Notes under the pieces: model-generated | The model's database searches: none | Told to the model about the DNA's origin: nothing | Seen by the model: only the letters and a program-made list of their open reading frames with translations | Source: an uncultured Nitrososphaerota archaeon | GTDB taxonomy: Archaea; Thermoproteota; Nitrososphaeria; Nitrososphaerales; Nitrosopumilaceae | DNA length: 64,000 nt | Assembly: GCA_963701075.1 (NCBI GenBank) | Contig: OY969559.1 | Location: forward strand, 480,001-544,000 | Direction: 5' to 3' | Part shown: piece by piece, positions 20,513-31,564 of the stretch | How positions within the stretch are numbered: position 1 is the stretch's first letter | Layout of the letters: the number at the start of each line of letters is the position of its first letter | Made by a program: the position numbers and the translations under genes

Positions 20513-22165
20513 ATGATTCACAAAACAATTCTATTGATTGTGATATTTCTTGCAGGACAATTGATACTACCAATCTATGCCCAAAGTGCACCAGAGCAAG
20601 GCCCTCCGGGAAATTCCGCATATACACACGGTTTTAGTGATGTCAAGCTTCTTGACGCATACTTTGGATACCAGAACCAAAAGATAGAGGTCCAACCAGG
20701 GGACAAAAATGTTCCATTTACAATGGAATTTGCAAACGTAGGTGACGAAGATATTACTGGAATTGATGGACTCCTAGACCTGCCTGCACAATTTTCGCCA
20801 GCCACCTCAGCGGGAGGATTGATCACTGCAGACAATACCCAGACTGCACCAGCTGGCAGCTCGTTTGCACTCACATTCTACCTAAACGTGGACAAGTCAC
20901 TTATTGTACACGACTATTCTGGAACAGTCGAATTGACCTATTCAGTAGTCAGAGAAGTTGGGCTACGCCAAGTCTACTTTGACTTTAGCTTCAAGCTAAC
21001 AGGAAAAGGGCTCCTTAACATGAAAGCAGATGACTCATTCTTACAGCCAGCATCAAATAACCCAGTTACAGTTCAAGTCTCTAATACAGGTACTGCCAGT
21101 CTCAACGACGTAGACATTACGCTAAATCCGCAATTAAATGCCTCTGGTACAATGTCAAACTTGCAGAATGTTGTAATAGATCAACACCACTGGAATATAG
21201 GTAATGTACCTGCAGGGTCATCAAGTTCATACTCGTTTAACATATTTGTGACACAAGATCTGGCAGAGCAGACATTGCACTTGCCATTTGTAGTTACCTA
21301 CTTTGACGGTCAAGGAAATGAAATATCAGACACAAGAATTGTCGATCTTATTGTAGGGCCGGCAACTACTTCTATAATCAAGCTATCAACACCATCTTAT
21401 ATCCTGATGGGAGTCATGCAAAATCTTACTTTGGGATTGCAAAATACGTCACCGTCAAAAATTTCTGACATGTCAATTACCCTGGCATCGAACTCTTCAG
21501 ACTTTAAGATTTTACAGGACAACAAGTGGTTTATTCCGGAAATAAATCCATTGGAGAGCAACACTATACAAATTCCAGTCTTTGCAGATCAAAGCCTCCA
21601 AAGCGATGCCGTTAACTTTGTTGTGGATATGCAGTATACTAAGGACGGTGCTACCGTTATAGAAACGCAAAACTTTGCCACATATATCAGGCCGGTGATC
21701 GATATCTCAATTTTTGGCGTGCAAGCACAAGAAATTGCTGGCCAGCAAAATGTAATAGGAAATGTTCTCAATCAAGGAAACATTCTGGGTCAGTTTGGAC
21801 AAGTGACAGTAGATCCGCTTGAAAATTCCACCATAAAAGAATCGTATGAGTATATGGGCGACCTTGATACTGATGCCCCAACACCATTCAACGTACCAAT
21901 GGTATCCGCAACAGGGGAGCCACTATCAGGAGACCAAAAGGTTCTGGTTACGTTAACATACAAAGATACGCTCCTACAAACTCACACAATTACACAGGTA
22001 GACACTGTATCGTTTGGAGCGCCAGCACCACAATCCAACGGGGCCTTGTCGCAATTGCAGCCGGTAATTCTTGTTGCCATTGCAGCAGGAATTGGCGGAA
22101 TCATCTTTAAGATAAAGAGAAAACCCAAAATCCCCCTAGAGGAAAAGAAACAAGAAATAACCTAA
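20513..22165 (+). CDS. COG1361-type S-layer/CARDB-like membrane-anchored protein
   Basis: Signal peptide, Ig-like repeats, C-terminal TM plus basic tail; usual partner of this ABC pair. Confidence 0.75.
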   Translation: MIHKTILLIVIFLAGQLILPIYAQSAPEQGPPGNSAYTHGFSDVKLLDAYFGYQNQKIEVQPGDKNVPFTMEFANVGDEDITGIDGLLDLPAQFSPATSAGGLITADNTQTAPAGSSFALTFYLNVDKSLIVHDYSGTVELTYSVVREVGLRQVYFDFSFKLTGKGLLNMKADDSFLQPASNNPVTVQVSNTGTASLNDVDITLNPQLNASGTMSNLQNVVIDQHHWNIGNVPAGSSSSYSFNIFVTQDLAEQTLHLPFVVTYFDGQGNEISDTRIVDLIVGPATTSIIKLSTPSYILMGVMQNLTLGLQNTSPSKISDMSITLASNSSDFKILQDNKWFIPEINPLESNTIQIPVFADQSLQSDAVNFVVDMQYTKDGATVIETQNFATYIRPVIDISIFGVQAQEIAGQQNVIGNVLNQGNILGQFGQVTVDPLENSTIKESYEYMGDLDTDAPTPFNVPMVSATGEPLSGDQKVLVTLTYKDTLLQTHTITQVDTVSFGAPAPQSNGALSQLQPVILVAIAAGIGGIIFKIKRKPKIPLEEKKQEIT

Positions 22166-22192
22166 AGTTATTATTTAGAGAATGTCCGTTTT

Positions 22193-22591
22193 TTGAGCAT
22201 GGCTTCGGATGAAATCGAAGTCCCAAAAGAAATTCGCCCTTTCATGCTGGAGGGTGCTGAGGAAACAAAGTTGGGCCAAAAAAATGGAGCCATAAGACAA
22301 TTTCGGTATGGCAATCTCCACATTAGAGAATATGAAGACAAGTATCTTGTCCATGTGGATAAGGTAGATCCTAGAGATGATCCGCTAGGCCATCTAATAC
22401 ATGATGCGCCAGAATTTTTAATCGGTATTGCGAGTGCTTATTGGGGCGGAAAAAAAGTAGCCTCCGAAGTCTATAAATTACAAAAGAACAAGCCTTTTGC
22501 AGAAATCACAGCTGGCATCACAGGACTGCTAACTTCTGTTGTAACAGGATACATGGGATATTCAATAGTAAAGAAACTAAAGGATTTCTAG
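22193..22591 (+). CDS. Conserved archaeal hypothetical protein
   Basis: NLHIREYEDKYLVHVDKVDPRDDPLGHLIHDAPE. Confidence 0.7.
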   Translation: MSMASDEIEVPKEIRPFMLEGAEETKLGQKNGAIRQFRYGNLHIREYEDKYLVHVDKVDPRDDPLGHLIHDAPEFLIGIASAYWGGKKVASEVYKLQKNKPFAEITAGITGLLTSVVTGYMGYSIVKKLKDF

Positions 22592-22604
22592 GAGGGAATC
22601 TGAC

Positions 22605-24155
22605 ATTTCAAAATCTCGAACACTTCGAACCTTCATCAAACTTTTTCCACTTGTCATATCTTTGCGAAAGGACAGAAGAGAATGGGTAAGAAGAGAGGGA
22701 AAAAATGTAGATCTGGAAAGATATCGAAAAAATGCCCGCAAAGCTCTCAAAACATTTGTCTCCCTCGGTCCTGTATATATCAAACTTGGACAATGGCTTT
22801 CATCAAGAGCTGACATACTTCCACAACCATACCTCGAAGAGCTTGCAAAGCTTCAGGATGAAGTGCCGGCAGCTCCATTTGAACAAGTAAAACCAATTAT
22901 AGAAAATGATCTAGGTCCAATTGAGAGAAACTTTGACTATATCGACAAAAATGCAATCTCTGGAGCATCGCTTGGCCAGGTATATCGTGCAAAAGTAAAA
23001 GGACAAGATGTTATTATCAAAGTAAAACGGCCTGGTATAGAAAAAGTAGTAGAAGAGGATATCAAGGTCCTCAAGAAAATCATTCCCTTTGCAATGAGAT
23101 TTGTCGACCCCAATCTACGCTATTCCGCAGAGGCAATGCTTTCACAATTCATAGAAACAATACATGAGGAGATGGATTATCAAATAGAATCACAAAATCT
23201 AAAGACAATTCGAAGAAATTTCAATAGTTATCCCAAAGTAATAATTCCTTCAGTCATGGAAGATTATTCAAGCAAAAATATACTCACCATGGACTATATT
23301 CCAGGAATAAAGATAACCAACGTAAAGGCACTAGACGAGGCTGGAATCGATAGGGAACAGCTAGTGGTACGTGCACATAAGGTCTTTTTTACCATGCTTT
23401 TACGCCATGAGATGTTTCATGCAGACCCACATCCTGGAAATATCTCGGTCACAAATGATGGCTCTCTGATATTGTATGATTTTGGAATGGTGGGAAGGCT
23501 TGACAGCAAAACCCGCCTAAAATTAATACGGCTGTATCTTGCACTTGTTGAAAAAGATCCCACAAGGACGGTGAGCGCCATGGATGATCTTGGAATGCTG
23601 ATGCCAGGATACGACAGGGGAATAATAGAGCAGGGAATTGGCATGTCCATCCAAGCAATGTATGGAACCAAAGTTGACAGGATGGAAGTCAAGGCACTAA
23701 TGGAGCTTGCAAATAAAACAATGAGCAGGTTTCCATTCAAACTTCCAAAGCACTTGGCACTTTACATGAGGATGGCGTCAATTCTTGAAGGGATATACCT
23801 TACACACAAGGTCAGTTTCAGATTCATCAATGTCTTGCAAAATATTTTGGAAGAAGAAAACATTGTAAAGGATGCTTATATCGAAGAGATCAAACTTGCG
23901 TTTAACAGATTTATAAAATCTATTGATTCTGCAATAGCAGTTGTTCCAGAGATCAGAAAGTTCTTGGAGGATACCAAAAGAATACGAGAAAATCCCCCAA
24001 AATCAAAAAATACATTGCTTGCAGGAAGCATCATGTCAGCAGCAATATTTATCGGCTCTACAATTCTCTATACGACAAACCATCTGGTAGGAGAAATAGG
24101 TATGATAGGTTCTGTGGTTATGATGGGAATCACTATTGCGATAAAGGAACGATAA
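22605..24155 (+). CDS. ABC1/UbiB/AarF family atypical kinase (start uncertain: ATT 22605 or TTG 22662)
   Basis: LGPVYIKLGQ, ASLGQVYRA, HADPHPGN, DFGMVG. Confidence 0.92.
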   Translation: MSKSRTLRTFIKLFPLVISLRKDRREWVRREGKNVDLERYRKNARKALKTFVSLGPVYIKLGQWLSSRADILPQPYLEELAKLQDEVPAAPFEQVKPIIENDLGPIERNFDYIDKNAISGASLGQVYRAKVKGQDVIIKVKRPGIEKVVEEDIKVLKKIIPFAMRFVDPNLRYSAEAMLSQFIETIHEEMDYQIESQNLKTIRRNFNSYPKVIIPSVMEDYSSKNILTMDYIPGIKITNVKALDEAGIDREQLVVRAHKVFFTMLLRHEMFHADPHPGNISVTNDGSLILYDFGMVGRLDSKTRLKLIRLYLALVEKDPTRTVSAMDDLGMLMPGYDRGIIEQGIGMSIQAMYGTKVDRMEVKALMELANKTMSRFPFKLPKHLALYMRMASILEGIYLTHKVSFRFINVLQNILEEENIVKDAYIEEIKLAFNRFIKSIDSAIAVVPEIRKFLEDTKRIRENPPKSKNTLLAGSIMSAAIFIGSTILYTTNHLVGEIGMIGSVVMMGITIAIKER

Positions 24156-24539
24156 TTATTCTATCGTGATATTTTTTCCAGTCTTTATTGGAATTGTTAG
24201 TGTAAGTACACCATCATGATATTTTGCAGACGCACCAAGGTCTTCCTCGTCTTTTACCCTCATAGGTAATCTAATTTTTTTATCTACTGTATTGGGTCTC
24301 TGGCGCCATACTACTGTGCCATCGCCAACTGTCTCTCTTTTTGCATTTATGGATAGTATATGTCCATGAATTCGGAGCTTGATCTCTTTTTTATCAAATC
24401 CAGGCATGTCCATTGTCACAACAAGGCTGTCGTTTTGTATGACTATATCCACTGGAGGAAGGACAAACTCGTAGAACTCTCTTGACTTGTTTCCTATCTC
24501 TCTCATTACTTCTTTTACCATGTAATAGCCCAAGCCCAT
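24156..24539 (-). CDS. Small heat shock protein (Hsp20)
   Basis: PPVDI, DMPGFDKKEI, AKYHDGVLTLTIP. Confidence 0.92.
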   Translation of the reverse strand: MGLGYYMVKEVMREIGNKSREFYEFVLPPVDIVIQNDSLVVTMDMPGFDKKEIKLRIHGHILSINAKRETVGDGTVVWRQRPNTVDKKIRLPMRVKDEEDLGASAKYHDGVLTLTIPIKTGKNITIE

Positions 24540-24620
24540 TTTGTTATTTTTAGCGCTTTTTGGTTATTAAATGTTAAGTCAAATTTACAATTTATCTACC
24601 GCCCCATTCAATAGGATTCC

Positions 24621-25199
24621 ATGATCATAGTTGTGGAAGGTTTTGACCAGGCAGGAAAGAAAACCCAATCAAAACTTTTGGCAAAGTTTCTGAAGACCAA
24701 AAATAGAAAATCAAAAATATTCAGCTTTCCAGATTATGCTACGCCTATTGGCAAAGAGATCAGGCGCTATCTTGGCGGAAAACGATCATTTCCTCCACAA
24801 GTGATTCATTGTCTTCTTGCTGCAAACAGGTGGGAGAAAGCAAAGGAAATCCAAGATGCGCTATCAGAAAATTATGTTGTAATCATGAATCGATATTACC
24901 AATCAAATCTGGTGTATGGAACAGTAAATGGTCTCGACATGAAATGGCTTGAAAATTTGGATAATGGACTACCAAAAGAAGATCTTGTAATTCTTCTTGA
25001 CGTAAATGTAACTGATTCGTTTTCTCGCAAAAAAGAAAGGCGGGACAAATTTGAAGAGAACATGGAGTTTGCCCAAAAGATTACCGAAACATACAGAAAG
25101 TTAGCAAAGCAATTTGGCTGGCATATTGTAAACGCATCTCGTCACAAGCAAGCAGTTCATCAGGAGATCAGGCAGATTGTTTTGAAACATGTCAAGTAA
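24621..25199 (+). CDS. tmk: Thymidylate kinase
   Basis: EGFDQAGKKTQ, FPDY, NRYYQSNLVYG. Confidence 0.93.
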   Translation: MIIVVEGFDQAGKKTQSKLLAKFLKTKNRKSKIFSFPDYATPIGKEIRRYLGGKRSFPPQVIHCLLAANRWEKAKEIQDALSENYVVIMNRYYQSNLVYGTVNGLDMKWLENLDNGLPKEDLVILLDVNVTDSFSRKKERRDKFEENMEFAQKITETYRKLAKQFGWHIVNASRHKQAVHQEIRQIVLKHVK

Positions 25200-26445
25200 T
25201 ATGAAAAAAAAATATCTCCAGATTGTAGATCCAATACATGGATTCATCAATGTTTACAGGCATGAGATTGATGTTATCGACAACCCCGTCTTTCAGAGAC
25301 TTCGCAGGATAAGGCAACTTGCAGGTGCACATCTAGTTTACCCGGGAGCGCAGCACTCTAGATTTGAGCACTCACTTGGCACCATGCATATCGCAAGCCA
25401 GGCAGCATCAATACTGGAAGAAAAAGGCTACCTTACCCCTGACAACATGAAAAATCTCCGGCTGGCAGCACTCTTGCATGACATAGGTCACGGGCCATTC
25501 TCGCACCTATTTGAGGAAGTACTTCAAAAAAAGAAAAAAATTTCTCATGAAAAAATAGGCAAGAACCTCATCCTAAAGTCCGAAATTGGCGATCTCATAT
25601 CAAAAAATGGTTTTGACAAGACATTTCTCAGCAAGTTGGCATTTGGAAATTCAAAATATCAATTCATGAACGAGATCATCTCTGGAGGCCTGAGCGCTGA
25701 TATGATGGATTATCTCCTCCGTGACAGCTATTTTACAGGGGCAGAACATGCAAGAATCGACTTTAAGAGAATCATAAATTCATTTGATGTTTATGAAAGA
25801 AAGCTTTCCCTTAACAAGTCTGCCCTTCATTCATTTGAGTCAATGATGATTTCTAGATACCAGATGTTCAGGGCTGTCTATTTTCACAAGACTGTGAGAG
25901 CAGCAGAGGTAATGTTGCTTGAATCAATGCTGCTTGCAGACAGTGAGCTTGGACTTGCTACCGATGACTTGGAAAAATATGTACAATTCACTGATGAATT
26001 TATCATTTCAAAGCTAATTTCACTGCCAAAGACAAATTCCGAGCTTAAAAGAGCAAGCCAGCTGGCGCTAGACTATCAAGAGCGAAGGCTGCTAAAGTGT
26101 GTCTATGAAAAAATTTTCATGAAACCAAGAATGGGTAACGTCAACCCATCAGAACTTCAGCATGATATCGCAAGAAGAGCCAAGGTCAACGAGGCTGAAG
26201 TTTTTGTCGACATATCAAAGACACCGTCAATTCCGCTTACGCCTTCGAAAAAAGAGTCCCAGTCAATAATTCTTACATCAACTAGGGGAACAGGCCCAAA
26301 GGAAGCATACGAGCTCCCAATCTCCGAGATTCCATTGGTGTCAGCCATCTCAGGATTCATGGATATTTTACGAATCTATACAAGACAACAATTTAGAAAA
26401 AAGGTTGAAATGGCAGCACAAGTCATCCTTGGTGAAAACAGGTAA
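25189..26445 (+). CDS. HD-domain phosphohydrolase (dNTP triphosphohydrolase-like)
   Basis: [40 protein letters not shown]. Confidence 0.92.
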   Translation: MSSNMKKKYLQIVDPIHGFINVYRHEIDVIDNPVFQRLRRIRQLAGAHLVYPGAQHSRFEHSLGTMHIASQAASILEEKGYLTPDNMKNLRLAALLHDIGHGPFSHLFEEVLQKKKKISHEKIGKNLILKSEIGDLISKNGFDKTFLSKLAFGNSKYQFMNEIISGGLSADMMDYLLRDSYFTGAEHARIDFKRIINSFDVYERKLSLNKSALHSFESMMISRYQMFRAVYFHKTVRAAEVMLLESMLLADSELGLATDDLEKYVQFTDEFIISKLISLPKTNSELKRASQLALDYQERRLLKCVYEKIFMKPRMGNVNPSELQHDIARRAKVNEAEVFVDISKTPSIPLTPSKKESQSIILTSTRGTGPKEAYELPISEIPLVSAISGFMDILRIYTRQQFRKKVEMAAQVILGENR

Positions 26446-27146
26446 TGAAAACTAATCAACCAATAGAACGTCGGAAAAGAATTGTCATAAAACTATCAGG
26501 TAGCCTATTTGGCCTCGAAGACACAAAGACATTGAAGCAGTTTGCCGAGTTTTTTGTCAAGTCAAGCAAGATCTGCCAGCCAATCATAATTGCAGGCGGG
26601 GGCAAAATAGCACGACATTACATCTCACATGCAAGGTCATCAGGCGCAGACGAATCAACGCTTGACGAGCTAGGCATTGAGGTATCACGACTCAACGCAA
26701 GATTGCTAATTTTTGCACTACAAGAAAAGGCATATCCTCATCCTCCCACTAATTTGAAGGAAGTAGCCAATGCAGCAGACAGCGGCCTGATAGTAGTTAC
26801 GGGAGGACTGCATCCAGGACAGAGCACAAATGCCACTGCAGCACTAATTGCAGAAAAGGTAAGGGCAAGCACATTTCTTAATGCAACCGATGTGGATGGT
26901 GTCTATGATTCAGATCCACGCAAAAATCCGCATGCAAAAAAATTCAAAAAAATTCCACTAAAAAATCTCCGAAGCATGCTTGTGCACCAAGATTCTGTTG
27001 CAGGTGGATATGACTTGATGGATATAGTGGCCCTGAAGGTAATTGAGCGCTCCAAAATAAAAACAAGAATTCTCAAAGCTGATATCAAAACACTGGAAAA
27101 AGCCATCAAGGGAAGTCCAGAAGGTACCGAGATTACACTAGTTTAA
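26445..27146 (+). CDS. pyrH: UMP kinase
   Basis: [35 protein letters not shown]. Confidence 0.95.
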   Translation: MKTNQPIERRKRIVIKLSGSLFGLEDTKTLKQFAEFFVKSSKICQPIIIAGGGKIARHYISHARSSGADESTLDELGIEVSRLNARLLIFALQEKAYPHPPTNLKEVANAADSGLIVVTGGLHPGQSTNATAALIAEKVRASTFLNATDVDGVYDSDPRKNPHAKKFKKIPLKNLRSMLVHQDSVAGGYDLMDIVALKVIERSKIKTRILKADIKTLEKAIKGSPEGTEITLV

Positions 27147-27486
27147 CAGCACCAGCATATTCCGGAATTCCGGCAGTAACTGCTTTTTGCAAAATTTCTC
27201 TTGCCTGTTCTTCAGACAAGGCCTTTGACTGTGCCTTGGCATACCCTTCTTCGTCTACAATGATTGCAACCCAGCCCTCTGGTTTTTGGGCAATGCAAAC
27301 AAATTCTTTTTCTCCAACTGGGACAAATGTTCCCTGGGATTTTTTCACTGTAAGAGTAAGCATTGCAAAACCAGCATGTTCAAACAGAGTCATCTGAGAT
27401 TTTCTTGCTCTGTCCTGACCAATTCTTACTGCTTGGTGATATTGCACAAATTTAGATCCTGAAACTTTTACTATAAGGGTTTTCAA
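27133..27486 (-). CDS. Conserved hypothetical protein
   Basis: 117-aa ORF filling the gap. Confidence 0.6.
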   Translation of the reverse strand: MKTLIVKVSGSKFVQYHQAVRIGQDRARKSQMTLFEHAGFAMLTLTVKKSQGTFVPVGEKEFVCIAQKPEGWVAIIVDEEGYAKAQSKALSEEQAREILQKAVTAGIPEYAGAVKLV

Positions 27487-27528
27487 CTCAAAGGTTTATT
27501 TGAAGACTGGATCGATTGGATATCATAT

Positions 27529-28090
27529 TTGGATGCAAAAATCTTACTTTATGTAGCAGTTGCAGCAGTCATTGTGGTTATTGCCGTATTTGCTGTTCTG
27601 CCGGGTTCAGGCATGATGAAAAATCTTGTACCGCAGGGCTCAAATGTTCCTCAGCTCACTTACAGCAGTCTCAGCTCAAATCAAACCTCTTTCTATAAGC
27701 TATAACGGAACATCGATTGTCTCAACTAGTGATAGAACCGCAACATTGCAAACCAACTTTTACGTTACAAATCCAAACACTACTACGGTAATTCTTGAAT
27801 ACATAACTTACACTATCTATGATGGTAGAACAGTGATTGGATATGGTCAGATAGGACAATCATATGACCAAAACTGGGAAGGTTCCAATTACTATCCTCT
27901 TGTAGCAGGAACCTCGTCAAATATGGGCAATAGCGCAGTCATTGAAAACACTGGAAACTATCCAAATATCTGGTCTGATCTAGAAAAAGGAACAGCAAAG
28001 ATTACTGTTTCAGGAACAGCCTATTATGCAATAAAAACCGCTTTCAGTGGCAGCGACTATACACAAGATTTCAACTTTACAAACTCCTAG
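27529..28090 (+). CDS. LEA_2/WHy-domain membrane-anchored protein (apparent frameshift at 27652)
   Basis: TTG start, N-terminal TM; FYVTNPNTTTVILEYITYTIY. Confidence 0.75.
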
Positions 28091-28091
28091 C

Positions 28092-28670
28092 TTATTGTAA
28101 TGCAGGGTTGTATCTTGATCGCATGAATTTTACCAAGTAGACAAAGCCAAGAATTATCCATGTCAGTATCATTAGTCCCCAAACAAACACAACAAGCTGC
28201 TCTACGCTGAGGTCATACTGCCCCATGATTGTGGTAACCTGCGATGGTAGTATCGTCTTTAGCTGGTATAGCGGAAAGAGATACATGTTGATATTTTGAT
28301 TACTGCCAAGTGTGCTATACCCAAGTAGTCGTGCTACTGCATGCCAGCCAAAGAAGAATGTAACAAAAAAGAAAACAGCCTTTCTGCCAATTGCCTTTTT
28401 GTATCCTCGCTTTTCATATCTTTCAAGTCTTTGTTTTACTCGTGTAAGTTCTGTTTTTAGTTCTTCAACAGACTGTTGGCGTACAACTTTTCTTTTAGAT
28501 GGTTCTATGTACATAGAGATCAATGATTCAAGGTATTTTCTGTCAGAGATGTACAACGGCCTGTCTTCTTGAAGCATATTGAGAATGTAGGTCAATCTAC
28601 CATTGTCTCCTTTCTTTGCATCAATCAAGTGCAATACATGTTCAATTAACTCATCGTCCATCGTAATCAC
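28092..28670 (-). CDS. Hypothetical membrane protein
   Basis: Coiled coil then two TM helices. Confidence 0.65.
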   Translation of the reverse strand: MITMDDELIEHVLHLIDAKKGDNGRLTYILNMLQEDRPLYISDRKYLESLISMYIEPSKRKVVRQQSVEELKTELTRVKQRLERYEKRGYKKAIGRKAVFFFVTFFFGWHAVARLLGYSTLGSNQNINMYLFPLYQLKTILPSQVTTIMGQYDLSVEQLVVFVWGLMILTWIILGFVYLVKFMRSRYNPALQ

Positions 28671-28768
28671 CTATGCCTCAATACAAATTAAATCGCCATG
28701 TTCAGTTTTAGATAACCTTATCAACATTATCAAGCTCCTTTGGAAAAGGATTTTGATTATTCGTGAGA

Positions 28769-29449
28769 CTAGCCTACTTTCTTTAGGAAGTTCATGATGG
28801 GTTCCTTGTCCGTGTCTGACAATGATGAGAATCCCTCCAATAGCTCGCGTTGAACACTCAATGTTTCATCCAGCGCCTTCTTTACACTATCGCTATCAAA
28901 CGGAATCAGTCGATCTATCTTCCCCTCGCTGTATGACTCGATGTATCTTCTTAGCAGCAAGGAAACAAAATTTGGAGCAATATCAAGCAATGTAAGAACT
29001 GACTTTTTTAGATCCTTGTCTTTTGAATTGGAATTTTTTTCAAAAAATTCATTGATAATTCCCAGTCGTTCTGCTCCTGTCTCTGACAAAGATGCAGCAA
29101 CCAACAAACCTCCTTCCGTTAATTTGTAATATGGTACTCCTTGTTCTTGAAGCGCCTTGGGTCCTCGTTTTATCGGAAGCCTGCCGGACTCTTCAACAAT
29201 GCCTAATGGTAAAAGGATCTCATCCAGATCCCTGAAGATCCCAGAATAAATATTCTGCCAGGTGGTTCCATTTCTTTCTGCAAGTTTATGTGCTATGGCA
29301 GTTCTGGTTTTTTTTGTTGGCAGAGTCTCCGCTGCAAGATGCATGATTATTCCACGTTGACGCATGGCTTCACCTGTAAACTCTTTATTTTTTGTCTTGA
29401 ATGTCTGATAAACAGATAACCTTGGAGCGGCCGTCCCTGACTTTGTCAT
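28769..29449 (-). CDS. Conserved thaumarchaeal protein, possible winged-helix regulator
   Basis: TRTAIAHKLA helix and PYYKLTEGG wing motif. Confidence 0.65.
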   Translation of the reverse strand: MTKSGTAAPRLSVYQTFKTKNKEFTGEAMRQRGIIMHLAAETLPTKKTRTAIAHKLAERNGTTWQNIYSGIFRDLDEILLPLGIVEESGRLPIKRGPKALQEQGVPYYKLTEGGLLVAASLSETGAERLGIINEFFEKNSNSKDKDLKKSVLTLLDIAPNFVSLLLRRYIESYSEGKIDRLIPFDSDSVKKALDETLSVQRELLEGFSSLSDTDKEPIMNFLKKVG

Positions 29450-29741
29450 TTGCTAATCAATTTCCATTAATTTTGTATGACGTATTAAATTTGGAATTAA
29501 TATATTTGTGATTTAAGATTCTCATTTTGTGATAATATCATACTTTACATAGATATAAGAATTTACGATTTTGAAAGAATTGTAACAAATTATGACTTTT
29601 CCAGTTATAATACATAATTTGACAGCATAGAAATTTCAAGAAATATGATAAATTTTCCAGATGGTTTCACTGTTCTGCCAGTATCAGCTGATACAAGATG
29701 GCAATGAAATGAATTTACATTGGATAGTGTAGAGAATTTAC

Positions 29742-30518
29742 ATGTTAAAGTCTCCAGAAGAACTTGTAAAAATGATACAAAAACCCAACTTGATTATAGT
29801 TGACTGTAGATCTTACAAGGAATATTCCGAAGGGCATATTCCTGGTGCAGTTAATGTTGATCTATTCTACTATCACTGGCTTGACACAACACAGGACGGC
29901 GTAAAGTCATTTGAGAAACAGATGAAAAATCTATTTTCATTCATGGGTGTAACAAAGCAAAAGACTGTAGTGTTTTATGATGATGTTGCAGGCATGAGTG
30001 CAGCCCGGGGTGTCTGGCTCTTGATGTATTTTTCACATCCCCATGTATTCATGCTAAATGGCGGATTTAAGAAATGGCAGAGTCTTAGTTTGCCTATTGA
30101 AACCAAGACCAATGGCTTTAGACCAGCCAAGTTCTCTGGCAAAACTAACAAGAAAATTCTAGCGGGTTTTGAATACATCAAGAAGAATCTTGGCAAGGCA
30201 AAACTAATTGATGCAAGAACAAAAGAAGAATACGAAGGCAAAGTCATACGTGCAGCAAGAAAGGGCCACATACCAAATTCCGTTAGCACTGATTGGACAT
30301 TGAACATCAACAAAGATGGTACCATGAAATCGCTAGAAGAACTTGCAAAGTTATACCAATTCTCAAAAAATGACGAGATCATAACTTATTGTCAAGGAGG
30401 CTATAGGGCAGCAAACTCATTTGTGGCACTAAAAATGCTCGGCTTCAAAAATGTAAAGGTGTATCTTGGCTCTTGGGGAGAATGGGGAAACAGGTTAGAT
30501 CTTCCTGTTGAAGATTAG
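29742..30518 (+). CDS. Tandem rhodanese / sulfurtransferase
   Basis: GHIPGAV, YCQGGYRAA, YLGSWGEWG. Confidence 0.93.
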   Translation: MLKSPEELVKMIQKPNLIIVDCRSYKEYSEGHIPGAVNVDLFYYHWLDTTQDGVKSFEKQMKNLFSFMGVTKQKTVVFYDDVAGMSAARGVWLLMYFSHPHVFMLNGGFKKWQSLSLPIETKTNGFRPAKFSGKTNKKILAGFEYIKKNLGKAKLIDARTKEEYEGKVIRAARKGHIPNSVSTDWTLNINKDGTMKSLEELAKLYQFSKNDEIITYCQGGYRAANSFVALKMLGFKNVKVYLGSWGEWGNRLDLPVED

Positions 30519-30651
30519 CTGATTCTAGATATTACAATATAGCAAATACAATGTACGATGATCGCACTAGAGATTTCCTATTTTTTGAAAAAATAAAGTG
30601 TGGCTTTATAAGAATTAGATTAATATATACACAGCAAATGAGCCATAACTG

Positions 30652-30996
30652 ATGGTGCTGAACAAGCGTTCCAAATTATCGCTTATTATCATAATAGCTG
30701 GGCTGACAATCGGATTGTCGACCTTCTTTACAACTCATTCTGCATTTGCTCAGACTGCAACTACAACAAGCAGTGGTTTGACTAAACCATTACTTGCTAT
30801 TGCTGCAGCTATTGCAATTGCAGGTGGTTTGATAGGTACAGGTAATGCACAACAAGGTATCGGTGCTGCCGGCATGGGTATCATTGCAGAAAAACCAGAG
30901 AAGTTTGGTCAGGTACTATTCTTCTTCGTCATTCCAGAAACGTTATGGATCATCGGATTCGTATTGGGAATAATATTACTGCTAGGTATCCTTTAG
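30652..30996 (+). CDS. atpK: V/A-type ATPase proteolipid subunit K (c)
   Basis: GNAQQGIGAAGMG ... IPETLWI; N-terminal leader. Confidence 0.93.
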   Translation: MVLNKRSKLSLIIIIAGLTIGLSTFFTTHSAFAQTATTTSSGLTKPLLAIAAAIAIAGGLIGTGNAQQGIGAAGMGIIAEKPEKFGQVLFFFVIPETLWIIGFVLGIILLLGIL

Positions 30997-31009
30997 TGGT
31001 TTCAGTAAA

Positions 31010-31564
31010 ATGAGCATAGAGACTTTCCTCCTTGAGATAGAGAATAGAAAGAAAAAGGAGATTGGTAGTCTCGATAAGGATCTAGTAGAAAAAAAATCTA
31101 AACTTCAAACAGAATTGAATATCACTGTTAAAGAGATTCAAGAAAAGTTTGCAAATGAAGCCAAGGTCAAATCAGAAAGAGAATATGCTAGGATAATTGA
31201 GGCAGGAAAACTCCACGCAAAAAAGATCATGTTTGATGCCATCAATGCTAACATGCAATCAGCATTTGATGTGATCAGAAAAGAAATTGAAAATTATGCC
31301 AAGAGCCCTCAATACAAAAAAGCTCTTGAAACTATGGTGAACAGCTCAAAGAAAAAACTTGGACAAAATATTGTTGTTCACTGCCGCGATGAGGACAAAC
31401 CCATGTTGAAGGACATGGCTGTGACAGTAGGCAAGTCCATTAAGACTCTAGGTGGCATAGTTGCAGAAAACAAGGAAGGAACAAAAGAGCTTGACCTTAC
31501 TTTTGAAGAATTGCTGCGAACCAATGAAGACCAGATCAAAAGTTTCCTTTCGGAGAGAATGTAA
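31010..31564 (+). CDS. atpE: V/A-type ATPase subunit E
   Basis: Coiled coil, LGGIV...LDLTFEELL; operon position. Confidence 0.88.
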   Translation: MSIETFLLEIENRKKKEIGSLDKDLVEKKSKLQTELNITVKEIQEKFANEAKVKSEREYARIIEAGKLHAKKIMFDAINANMQSAFDVIRKEIENYAKSPQYKKALETMVNSSKKKLGQNIVVHCRDEDKPMLKDMAVTVGKSIKTLGGIVAENKEGTKELDLTFEELLRTNEDQIKSFLSERM

